Below the pieces are notes generated by a model, which was not told where the DNA came from, searched no databases, and was given only the letters and a program-made list of their open reading frames with translations. From an uncultured Candidatus Saccharibacteria bacterium (GTDB lineage: Bacteria > Patescibacteriota > JAUYIX01 > CAYMIK01), in contig CAYMIK010000001.1 of NCBI GenBank assembly GCA_964390745.1, positions 48,670 to 112,669 on the forward strand: a DNA stretch of 64,000 nucleotides, in the 5' to 3' direction. This document shows positions 49,722-58,137 of the stretch, in pieces. How positions within the stretch are numbered: position 1 is the stretch's first letter; every line of letters starts with the position of its first letter. A program made the position numbers and the translations under genes.

Positions 49722-49853
49722 TTATAGCTTTTTCTTCGACTTCTTTGGAACCTTCGCACCAGCTTTCCTCGCCTTCGACAAACCTACCGCAATAGCTTGT
49801 TTGCGGCTCTTGAAGCGACGTGTGCGCTTTTGCTCATGCAGTTCTTTGTGCAC
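49722..49853 (-). CDS. Small basic DUF6496-like protein (43 aa, not in the ORF track)
   Basis: GTG start, (M)HKELHEQKRTRRFKSRKQAIAVGLSKARKAGAKVPKKSKKKL*. Matches the SRKQAIAIGLSEAR..G.KVP signature as recalled. Confidence 0.7.
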   Translation of the reverse strand: MHKELHEQKRTRRFKSRKQAIAVGLSKARKAGAKVPKKSKKKL

Positions 49854-49863
49854 GTGTAAACCC

Positions 49864-49925
49864 TTGACACGCTGCTCAATAGGGTATATTGTCTATTACA
49901 CAATAAATATTGTCTGTATAACAAT
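49864..49925 (+). promoter_or_regulatory. Promoter TTGACA-17-TATTGT with two ATTGT-N7-ACAAT operators
   Basis: Palindromes at 49888-49904 and 49909-49925 overlap the -10 element and the start codon. Confidence 0.75.
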
Positions 49926-51807
49926 GAAGAACCTCTTTCGCTCGGAGACGGCCTATGAACTCCTTTCGCTTTTTACTCAAGAACCGGTACAAAAGCGGTA
50001 TCTTGCGGAGATCGCTAAGGCACTCCAAAAAGATATGGCGAATACCACTCGTGAGCTCGAGAAACTCGTGAAGGAAGAAATTCTTGTCATGACTGAAGAA
50101 AATGGAAAGAAGTACTATCGACTCAATAGTTCCAATCCATTCACAAAAGAACTCTCGGCACTTTTTAAAAAGCTCGATGATGTGTACGTGCAGCGATCGT
50201 TCCAAAACAAGTGGCTTCTTGCCGAGGATATCCCAAACATGGATCCGTTTTTTAGTATGTTGTGGATGCGCTCGTTTGTTGATGAGTTTAAAAATCCAAG
50301 CGGAGTGGCATACAAAGAAGTTGTTGGAATATTTAAGGACTACCACCTATGGTTTTTCTTTGATGAAAAAGATGCCTACAACGTGGGCGAACACATTGTG
50401 AATAAAATGGAAAAGTCGCCGGAGTTCATGGAAGAGGTGAATAAAGAGATTGTGAAGCACTCCGATAAGCTTCGAGATTTTGCTCTTACGTTGCCAGAAG
50501 AAAACCTCAAGAAACTTTCGAATAAAAAACTTTGGGAGCTGTACAAAAAACACGACGACATTCACACGGCCTACTATCAGTGGGGATGGATTCCGGTAGC
50601 TGCTGATATGTTTGGTGGCAACCTCACGACTCGAGGTAAGGAAATTCTGAAGCAAAAAGGAGTCTCCGAAGAAAAGGTGAATGAGTACTTAAATATTCTT
50701 ACACAACCTACAGCCAAGTCGGCAATCGCGGAGGAGCAAGAAAGTTTAGAGCGCATTGGTGCGTTGGTGCAGGAAGATTCAAAGCAAGTGAAAATATTTG
50801 CTGAAATATTCCGAAAGTTTAAGGAAGAAGATGTAAAAAAGTACGGCTTGTATACCCACAGCGAAGAGTATGAGAAATTGTTTGAAGAAACGGTTCGCGT
50901 TTTGGAGTCACAGATTGCTCCAAAGATCCTGAAGAAGTTACAAGAACACTTCGCCAAATACTTTTACACAAAGTTTTTGTTTACAGAAGAGCAGGGCGTG
51001 TATTCGTTTGAGCACTATCTAAAATCTTTGGTTCGGCTCGTAAACTACGAACCAAATCTGGCTGTAAAGCTGCAAGACGAATCAAAAGAATTGGCAAGAA
51101 ATGCTAAGATTCGAAGTGAACTTATAAAGAAACTCAAGCTGAATACTTCGGAGATCCGATTCTTTGATGCCTGGGGTGAATTTATGGTGACAAAGATTTA
51201 CCGAAGATTCGCTCAGCTTTTTGCTCTGTACAAGATGGTTCCCATCCTCACGGAAATAGGTGCGCGTTTTGGTCTTACGCTCAAGCAAACGAAGTTCTTG
51301 ATGTACGAAGAGATTCGCGACGGGCTCTTGGAGGATCGCGTGAACAAAGAAATGACACGACAACGCGTTGCATTCTCAGTTTTTGTGACGCGTCCTGATT
51401 CGAGCGAGTTTATTACTGGGCTTTCGGCGAAGAAGATTGCCGAAGTTGTACAAAAGGAACACATTGAACAGGTGAGTGAGTTTTCAGGCCAATGTGGCTG
51501 CCCGGGCATTGCAGAGGGTCGTGTTCGTATCATCAATGAGGCACATGAAATGTCAAAGATGCATGATGGTGACATCCTTGTAGCAATTTCTACGCAGCCC
51601 GATCTTGTTCCAGCTATGAAAAAAGCCGCGGCAATTATTACAGACCAGGGAGGCGTGACAAGCCATGCGGCCATTGTTGCGCGCGAGATGCGAACACCCT
51701 GCGTGATTGGAACCAAGATTGGATCTAAGTTGCTTCATGATGGTGACTATGTGAAGGTGGACGCAACAAAGGGGAAGGTCCTCATTATAGAGAGCGCGAA
51801 AAAGTAA
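49924..51807 (+). CDS. Winged-HTH plus PEP-utilizing phosphohistidine (swivel) domain fusion
   Basis: Start moved to ATG 49924. N-terminal YLAEIAKALQKDMANTTRELEKL..GKKYY wHTH, C-terminal GDILV..T.PD..PAM.KA.AIITDQGGVTSHAAIVAREM..PCVIGT. Confidence 0.88.
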   Translation: MKNLFRSETAYELLSLFTQEPVQKRYLAEIAKALQKDMANTTRELEKLVKEEILVMTEENGKKYYRLNSSNPFTKELSALFKKLDDVYVQRSFQNKWLLAEDIPNMDPFFSMLWMRSFVDEFKNPSGVAYKEVVGIFKDYHLWFFFDEKDAYNVGEHIVNKMEKSPEFMEEVNKEIVKHSDKLRDFALTLPEENLKKLSNKKLWELYKKHDDIHTAYYQWGWIPVAADMFGGNLTTRGKEILKQKGVSEEKVNEYLNILTQPTAKSAIAEEQESLERIGALVQEDSKQVKIFAEIFRKFKEEDVKKYGLYTHSEEYEKLFEETVRVLESQIAPKILKKLQEHFAKYFYTKFLFTEEQGVYSFEHYLKSLVRLVNYEPNLAVKLQDESKELARNAKIRSELIKKLKLNTSEIRFFDAWGEFMVTKIYRRFAQLFALYKMVPILTEIGARFGLTLKQTKFLMYEEIRDGLLEDRVNKEMTRQRVAFSVFVTRPDSSEFITGLSAKKIAEVVQKEHIEQVSEFSGQCGCPGIAEGRVRIINEAHEMSKMHDGDILVAISTQPDLVPAMKKAAAIITDQGGVTSHAAIVAREMRTPCVIGTKIGSKLLHDGDYVKVDATKGKVLIIESAKK

Positions 51808-51821
51808 CAATGACTCGAAAC

Positions 51822-51852
51822 AAAAATCCTGCCGCACGGCAGGATTTTTTTT
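51822..51852. terminator. Bidirectional terminator between convergent genes
   Basis: AAAAATCCTGCCG-CA-CGGCAGGATTTTTTTT. Confidence 0.85.
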
Positions 51853-51871
51853 GATCGACGTGATTTCGCCT

Positions 51872-53629
51872 TTAGGTTTCGATAATCACCGGCAACACCA
51901 TTGGGCGTCGTGCGGTCTTTTGCCAGAGGTACTGGCCGATATCGTTTCGAACCTTATTCTTGACCATGTCAAAGTTTGGTTCACTGTTGGCATCCTTTTT
52001 CTCGAAAGCCTTCTTCACAATAACTTTCGCGCCTTCAATGATGTCGGAGTTTTCTTTCATGTAGGTGAAACCGCGAGAAATAATTTCTGGGTCAGAAACC
52101 AACGCACCGTTTCGTCCTTCAACCGTCATCATGATCACGAACATGCCGTCTTCGGCAAGTTGCTCACGGTCACGCAAGACAACGTTTGAAACGTCGCCAA
52201 CGCCAAGCCCGTCAACCATAACGTGATCGGCATTCACTCGTTGCTGAGTCAAAACACCTTTGCCACCATGGAATTCCATAATCTGTCCGTTATCGGGCAA
52301 GAAAATATTGGAAGCGGGGAATCCAATGGACTCAGCGATGTCAGCATTAATAGCTCGCATGTACACTTGGCCGTGATTTGGCAAGAAGTACTTTGGGTTT
52401 ACCAAACGAATCATGAGCTTGTTGTCTTCGCTCCAACCGTGACCACCAGAGTGAACGTCCATCATGCGGTAGTTAATAACTTTCGCTTGTTGTCGGTGAA
52501 GGTTGTCACGCAAGTGCTGAACGGTTCGTTCGTTTCCGGCGATAACCGAAGACGAGAACAAAACAGTGTCACCCTTTTTCAAGTGAATGAAGCGGTGATC
52601 GCCTGAAGCAATTCGTGAAAGTGCGGCATTCTCTTCGCCCTGTGCACCTGTCGCCAAAACAACCACGCGGTTATCTGGGAGGCGATTCACTTCTTGCGAA
52701 TCAACGAGAATCTTTGGATTGATGTTAATTTTCTTCAGGGTGTGTGCAATGTCGATGTAATTCTTCATTGAGCGGCCTTCAATAGCAACCTTTCGGCCGT
52801 ACTTTTCTGCCAAGTTCAAGATCTGTTGAATTCGTCCTAAGTGGGATGAAAACACACCAACAATCAATCGTCCTTTGAGGGTGCTAAAGATGTTGTCGAT
52901 GTTTGCCATAATTTCTTTTTCAGAAACGGCATACCCTTTGTTTTCACAGCTCGTTGAGTCACACCACAAAGCTATAACATTCATGTCATGAAACTTTGCG
53001 ATGGCGGCAATATTTGCTGGCTTGTCTCCAACGGGTGAGTGGTCAAACTTAAAGTCACCTGTGAAAATCACGATTCCTTCTGGCGTGTGAACGGCGATTC
53101 CCATCGAATCAGGAATGTTGTGGTTCACGTGGAAGAACTCTAATTGCATACGACCAAGTTTTACAATATCACCAGGTTGTACCGCGTGAATGTTGAGTTT
53201 GGTGTTAACACTAAACTCCTCATGACGCTTGTCCATGATGCCCTTTGCAAGTGCTGGGGCATACACGGGTGGGTTGCCAATTCGTGGCAAGACATAGGAA
53301 GCCGCACCAACATGGTCTAAGTGACCGTGTGTAATGGCAACAGCTTTAATGTTTCGTTCTTTACCTTTGAGATAATCAACATTCGGGATAACGAAATCGA
53401 CTCCAGGCATATTTTCTTCCGGAAATTGCACGCCAACGTCGATAATAATGATGTCGCCATCATATTCAACGAGTGTGCAGTTTCGACCAACTTCTTCTAA
53501 GCCACCTAAGGCCATCATGCGAAGCTTTTTGTCGTTCGGACTTTGCTGGATAAATTTCTTTACTTCCTCTTTTTTACGTCGGGGGAAGAATGGACGTTTT
53601 GGCATTTTCTGCCGTGATTGAATCATCAT
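51872..53629 (-). CDS. rnj: Ribonuclease J
   Basis: LGGLEEVGRN, THGHLDH, HNIPD, TGDFKFD, TGAQGE, HSGGH and RRPMVLPVI. Confidence 0.96.
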   Translation of the reverse strand: MMIQSRQKMPKRPFFPRRKKEEVKKFIQQSPNDKKLRMMALGGLEEVGRNCTLVEYDGDIIIIDVGVQFPEENMPGVDFVIPNVDYLKGKERNIKAVAITHGHLDHVGAASYVLPRIGNPPVYAPALAKGIMDKRHEEFSVNTKLNIHAVQPGDIVKLGRMQLEFFHVNHNIPDSMGIAVHTPEGIVIFTGDFKFDHSPVGDKPANIAAIAKFHDMNVIALWCDSTSCENKGYAVSEKEIMANIDNIFSTLKGRLIVGVFSSHLGRIQQILNLAEKYGRKVAIEGRSMKNYIDIAHTLKKININPKILVDSQEVNRLPDNRVVVLATGAQGEENAALSRIASGDHRFIHLKKGDTVLFSSSVIAGNERTVQHLRDNLHRQQAKVINYRMMDVHSGGHGWSEDNKLMIRLVNPKYFLPNHGQVYMRAINADIAESIGFPASNIFLPDNGQIMEFHGGKGVLTQQRVNADHVMVDGLGVGDVSNVVLRDREQLAEDGMFVIMMTVEGRNGALVSDPEIISRGFTYMKENSDIIEGAKVIVKKAFEKKDANSEPNFDMVKNKVRNDIGQYLWQKTARRPMVLPVIIET

Positions 53630-53867
53630 GTGATTCTTTTCTTAAATTAAACTGAATAAATTTTGAGTTTTGAATTCGTGCGGTCTCTTTGGCATTCCCT
53701 TTTGCGCCGTGTCAGCTCGCTCCTGCGAGCTCGCCCTCGCTCTTTTTGCCCTTCGGGCAAAAACCGTGCCCGCTCAGGCTCCGGGCGCCGCAAAAAGAAA
53801 CGCCAAATCGACCGCACTATTCAAATATTTTTTATGATCTGCAGCCTCAACTGCAGAATAACCAACC

Positions 53868-55610
53868 TTACTTAAAGACTCGCTTTGTCTTCACGTAAAG
53901 ATCTTTCACATCAATAAACCGGTCGGACGGCGTACTGATATTTGTGATCGAAGTCCCAGAGAGATTTCGATATGTTGGATACAAATAATTAGGGGAGTAG
54001 AGGAAGATCGTTGAAGCCCCGTTCGTAATGGTTTTCTGGATAGCTTCATATTTTGCAGCTCGATCTTTTGGATCGGTAGAAGTTCGTGCGGCAACAAGCT
54101 GCTTGTCTAAGCCTTCATCCTTCACGAATCCCAAGTTCAAACCCGGATCAAATGCTTGGCTCGAGTGCCAGAACGGATACAGATCAGCGTCTAAGCCAAG
54201 ATTTTGCGAAAACAATAATGCTTCATACTTTCGTGGGCGAATAAATGTCTGCTGAATTTCGGCGACGCTAAAGGTTTGGACTTCCAAATTTATTCCGGCT
54301 TGATTCCACGACTCTTTCAAATAATTTGCCGTCGCAACATTTTGTGGCCAGTCAGTAGTTTGTAAGTGGATGGTAAGCTCTTTGCCGTTTTTGTCGTAGA
54401 AGAAGCCGTCATCACGCTGTTTGTAGTCAGCGGAAGTGAGCTGTTTTTTTGCAGCTTCAATATTAAAGTCATACTTTGTAACGTTGTCGGTGTATCCCAA
54501 AAATCCTGGCAAGAGTGGGCCGTTCACGGGAATGCCGTGACCCTTCAAAACATTTTGAATCAGGCCGTTCTTGTCTGTCGCGTAGGAGATTGCACGGCGA
54601 ACTTCAATTTTTGAGAGTGCCGAATTTTCGGAGGGATTCAAAAATACAGAAGTTGCTACCGGTAATCGATATTCGTGAATATTCACTCCTTTGCGAGTAA
54701 TAGAACCGAGACTTGTTGCATCGATGTAGTTCATACCGTCTATCTTTTTTCGATTGAACGCATTGATCATATCATCGGGCGTTTGGTAGAAGTCGAATTC
54801 GATCGAATTGATCATGGGTTGACCACCGTAGTAGTCTGTATTTTTATCCAACGTGAACGACAAGATATCGCCCGCGCTCTTATCTTTTTTCAATTCAGAA
54901 AACTTAAATGGACCAGTTCCGATTGGTTTGTGGTTTTCTTCCACCACGGTTGCATTGGTTGCTGGAACGCTCTGCCAAATGTGTGCTGGCAAAATTCCAA
55001 AGGTGAGTGTGGTCAAGAACGGAGCAAACGCAGAAGGCAAAACAAACTTTACGGTGTTGTCATCAACCTTGGAAACAGTAATTCCTTTCAAGCTTGGACG
55101 AAGTGGGCTCGCGTAGTTCTGATCTTGAATGGCGCCAACAGTAAAGATAACGTCATCAGCGCTGAATGTTTCGCCATCATGCCACTTCACGCCTTTGCGT
55201 AAGTGAAACGTATAGGTTTTTTTGTCAGAGGAAATATCGTAGCTTTCTGCGAGGTCAGTCACAACTTGGTAATTTGCGTCTACGCGCATCAAGCCAGAGA
55301 AAACAAGCGCCGAAATGTCTCGGTCTGCATCAGTGGTTTGGTTATACAAAGGGTTAATGAACTTTGGTTCACCAACAATGCCTTCTTTGTAGACTCCGCC
55401 TGCGATTCCAATCGCGTTTGTTTGCGAGATGTACCAGCGGTAGACCGACAAAAGAGCACCAGCAACGACAACGATAAGTGCGATCGTGACGATCAACTTG
55501 TCGCCCGTTTTGAAAAGTTTTGGTGTGTGAACAATCTTTTTCCAAAACGAAGGTTTGCTTCCATTTACAGGAAGCGGTGCAGGATTTTGGGTTGGGGAAG
55601 AATTCAACAT
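53868..55610 (-). CDS. ABC transporter substrate-binding protein (OppA/DppA, family 5)
   Basis: TM anchor, YTFHLRKGVKWHDG..FSADDV.FT and PIGTGPFKF. Confidence 0.92.
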   Translation of the reverse strand: MLNSSPTQNPAPLPVNGSKPSFWKKIVHTPKLFKTGDKLIVTIALIVVVAGALLSVYRWYISQTNAIGIAGGVYKEGIVGEPKFINPLYNQTTDADRDISALVFSGLMRVDANYQVVTDLAESYDISSDKKTYTFHLRKGVKWHDGETFSADDVIFTVGAIQDQNYASPLRPSLKGITVSKVDDNTVKFVLPSAFAPFLTTLTFGILPAHIWQSVPATNATVVEENHKPIGTGPFKFSELKKDKSAGDILSFTLDKNTDYYGGQPMINSIEFDFYQTPDDMINAFNRKKIDGMNYIDATSLGSITRKGVNIHEYRLPVATSVFLNPSENSALSKIEVRRAISYATDKNGLIQNVLKGHGIPVNGPLLPGFLGYTDNVTKYDFNIEAAKKQLTSADYKQRDDGFFYDKNGKELTIHLQTTDWPQNVATANYLKESWNQAGINLEVQTFSVAEIQQTFIRPRKYEALLFSQNLGLDADLYPFWHSSQAFDPGLNLGFVKDEGLDKQLVAARTSTDPKDRAAKYEAIQKTITNGASTIFLYSPNYLYPTYRNLSGTSITNISTPSDRFIDVKDLYVKTKRVFK

Positions 55611-55828
55611 TAGATAAAGAGAGCTGCTACAGACGCTCCGAAAAAGAGGATAGCGAGTACGATCGTAATAATAAACAGTGCCTTTTCGGGACCTCTTTTT
55701 TGGAAAATGATTGTCTCGCCACCAAAGGTGTTGCCAATGCCCGTGCTCTTGTTCTGTAGCAAAACAGCTACAGTCATGAGGACTGCGAGTACAATTTGAG
55801 CAATAGTAATGATCTGAGTAATAGGCAT
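55610..55828 (-). CDS. secG: Preprotein translocase subunit SecG
   Basis: Two TM helices flanking VLLQ..G.G..FGG..RG.EK; start moved to ATG 55828. Confidence 0.9.
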   Translation of the reverse strand: MPITQIITIAQIVLAVLMTVAVLLQNKSTGIGNTFGGETIIFQKRGPEKALFIITIVLAILFFGASVAALFI

Positions 55829-56108
55829 AGATTCAGTCGGGGGCGGGTTTCGGACCCGCTTGGGACATTTCAGGTAACACGAAGACAATAGCACGAAGGG
55901 TGTGATTTGTCAAGGTTGGAGAGTTTTTTGAGGTACGTTTGAGGGTGAGTTCAAGGGGCGGAAAATGGACGAAAAACAAACACCGAGAAGCTTGCTGTTG
56001 CAGGGCTTCTCGGCGGAAGCCGCCTAGACTCAAAGTTATTATAGTTATGGGCTTTTTGCTATAATTCTGGTGAGACGTGAGGGGAAGGATACACGAAAAC
56101 GTGGGGAC

Positions 56109-56137
56109 TTGACAAAGTCCTTACAATCGTGTATAAT
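56109..56137 (+). promoter_or_regulatory. Perfect sigma70 promoter TTGACA-17-TATAAT (islet F)
   Basis: Exact consensus, with the -35 embedded in the palindrome GGACTT-GACA-AAGTCC. Confidence 0.85.
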
Positions 56138-56214
56138 AGCCCGTTCACAATCTCTGTTCTGTTCCTTAACATCAATTCGACACTCGAGGTGAACATCGAG
56201 TGTGGAGGAACATC

Positions 56215-57963
56215 GTGGAAAAGCCCAAGCTTACGTGGAGCCAGGCTATGACGATTGGCGCCCTGGCCTGGGCGCAAGAAGTTCAACACGAAGTTCGAAC
56301 TATGACTCAGGAGGTTCTCGAGCGCATCCAGCAGTTTTCGTGGATCGCGCTTCGGGCTAACCTCGGGGTGTTCGCAAAGGCGTTTCTGAAGTACATCGCG
56401 CCTGCGCTCATCCCGCTCGTGCTCATGCTCGTGGTTCCTTCGGCAGTCGGAGGAATCGTGAAGCTGCTCTGTGTGCCCGTCTTCATCGCTGTCGCCCGTT
56501 GGGGCTACAAGCGGTTCAAGGCGGCGTGTTGGGACAAGCCGTGGATTTTTCTTGCGGCTTCGATCGCCATCCCTGTGGTGGCGAGCTTCGGGTTCCGATA
56601 CGCCATCCAGGCGTTCGGGTTCAAGCTCTTGCTCGTCGCGATCCCACTAACCCTGATTCGGTTCATGTGGAGTTTCGGACGTCTCACGCTCGTGCTGTTT
56701 GCGGAGACGTTCGTACTGGTTGCTGTTGTCTTCAACTTCGGCTTCCCGCGCGTCTTCAAGTGCGATGCCCAGAGGGGCGTCGAGCCTCTCGTGACTGGGT
56801 GCACCATCACCCAGAACCACATCCCGTGGAACACGATGACGATGTCGAGTATCCTCGGGGACTGGTTGAAGACGTTGCCCGGGTTTCCGGGTAACTCCAA
56901 CGTCTCCGCTACCTTCCGAGACATTTCGGTGTCTTCGGATGGCAAGGCGTTCTGGGGAGTGGCCGGATGGTCGGACACTCAGGTGGAGAAGTCCGTGGCG
57001 GTCAAGATCGATATCGCGACCCACAAGGTCATCAAGGCGATCTGGATCTATACGCCATTTACGGTTCGCTGCAGCAAAGAGTTCGGTCTCTGTTCTATCG
57101 TTTCGCAGATGGGTAATCGAGTCTATCTGATCGATGACGTCACCAACGAGGTCGTGCGAGAGTACGATCTCAGTGGGGCGATGCCAAGCTACCAGATGGA
57201 AACAGGGAGAGGAGAGATCCTTTTCCTGTGCATGCCCTCCAGCGGTATCGACCGAGAGCGCATTGCGCCGCTCGGACCAGTGGAGCAGGTTCGCTGGGAA
57301 GACACCGGCGCCTCGCTACTTCTGGGTAAGCTGGAACTGGCGACGGGAGTCTTTACGATCCAGCCGGTGAAGGGCAAGTACGACAGCGCCCTCATGGGTA
57401 AGGAGACCATGTTCGCTTCGTATGACCCGGTACATGAGAAGATCATGCTGGGTGCAACAAAGTTGGGCGTTATCGACCTCGGGTCGATGACGTACAGCAA
57501 GGTGCCTGGCAGCGGTCTCACGCAGTTTCTTCCGGGAAACACGACGGCCGGTGCCGTGGTGGATACCCGGACCGGGACCATCTACGCAAACAGACCAGCA
57601 TTCGGCATCTATAGTTACCGCTACGAGAACGGCGTGCTGCGGGTGACGGGGAAGATCTCCGTGGACCTTGGTGGGCGTCTTCTTCTGACCGATCCGCGAC
57701 GCGGATTGGTCTACAGCGCGAACTATGGGCGTGGATTTGTGGAGGTCATCGACCCTACAGTACCTAGCCCAAAGCCGATGCGATGGACGGTGGGTAACAA
57801 CATCCGTAGCCTCAAGCTTGATCTCGGCGAGAGCCCGGATGAAGACTGGCTGTATGTTGCCAGCGCGTTCGGATATACGAGAATCAATCTGAGCGAGGCC
57901 CTCGGGGAGCGTTACCTCCCGAATGTACAGACCGCGTCGAATTCGGATGCGGTCATACGGTGA
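56215..57963 (+). CDS. Multi-TM protein with a C-terminal beta-propeller-like (YncE-like) domain (islet F)
   Basis: GTG at 56215 follows GGAGG. About 5 TM helices, then repeats such as VYLIDDVTNEVV, DPRRGLVYSANY and WLYVAS; GC-rich codons. Confidence 0.8.
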   Translation: MEKPKLTWSQAMTIGALAWAQEVQHEVRTMTQEVLERIQQFSWIALRANLGVFAKAFLKYIAPALIPLVLMLVVPSAVGGIVKLLCVPVFIAVARWGYKRFKAACWDKPWIFLAASIAIPVVASFGFRYAIQAFGFKLLLVAIPLTLIRFMWSFGRLTLVLFAETFVLVAVVFNFGFPRVFKCDAQRGVEPLVTGCTITQNHIPWNTMTMSSILGDWLKTLPGFPGNSNVSATFRDISVSSDGKAFWGVAGWSDTQVEKSVAVKIDIATHKVIKAIWIYTPFTVRCSKEFGLCSIVSQMGNRVYLIDDVTNEVVREYDLSGAMPSYQMETGRGEILFLCMPSSGIDRERIAPLGPVEQVRWEDTGASLLLGKLELATGVFTIQPVKGKYDSALMGKETMFASYDPVHEKIMLGATKLGVIDLGSMTYSKVPGSGLTQFLPGNTTAGAVVDTRTGTIYANRPAFGIYSYRYENGVLRVTGKISVDLGGRLLLTDPRRGLVYSANYGRGFVEVIDPTVPSPKPMRWTVGNNIRSLKLDLGESPDEDWLYVASAFGYTRINLSEALGERYLPNVQTASNSDAVIR

Positions 57964-57974
57964 TGGAGGTTCTG

Positions 57975-58048
57975 TTCAGGACGCTGTGTCGTCCTGAATT
58001 CGCCCGGTGCGCACTCTTTTTCGAAGAGAGCGCCCGGGTTTTTCTTTT
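57975..58048 (+). terminator. Tandem hairpins and U-tract ending islet F
   Basis: TTCAGGACG-N6-CGTCCTGAA, then CCCGG..CCGGG-TTTTTCTTTT. Confidence 0.75.
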
Positions 58049-58137
58049 GCAAAAAACGCCCTCCCAAAATTTCATCAAACGTGTTATAATATTTTCAAAG
58101 GTTCGCCAACTTCCAGGCGAGCTTTGAAACCTTTTTC

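Noticed and set aside
49648-49923. N-terminal extension of the 719-aa ORF
   Set aside because: It overlaps the HAD start, the antisense DUF6496-like gene and the promoter/operators. The real start is ATG 49924.
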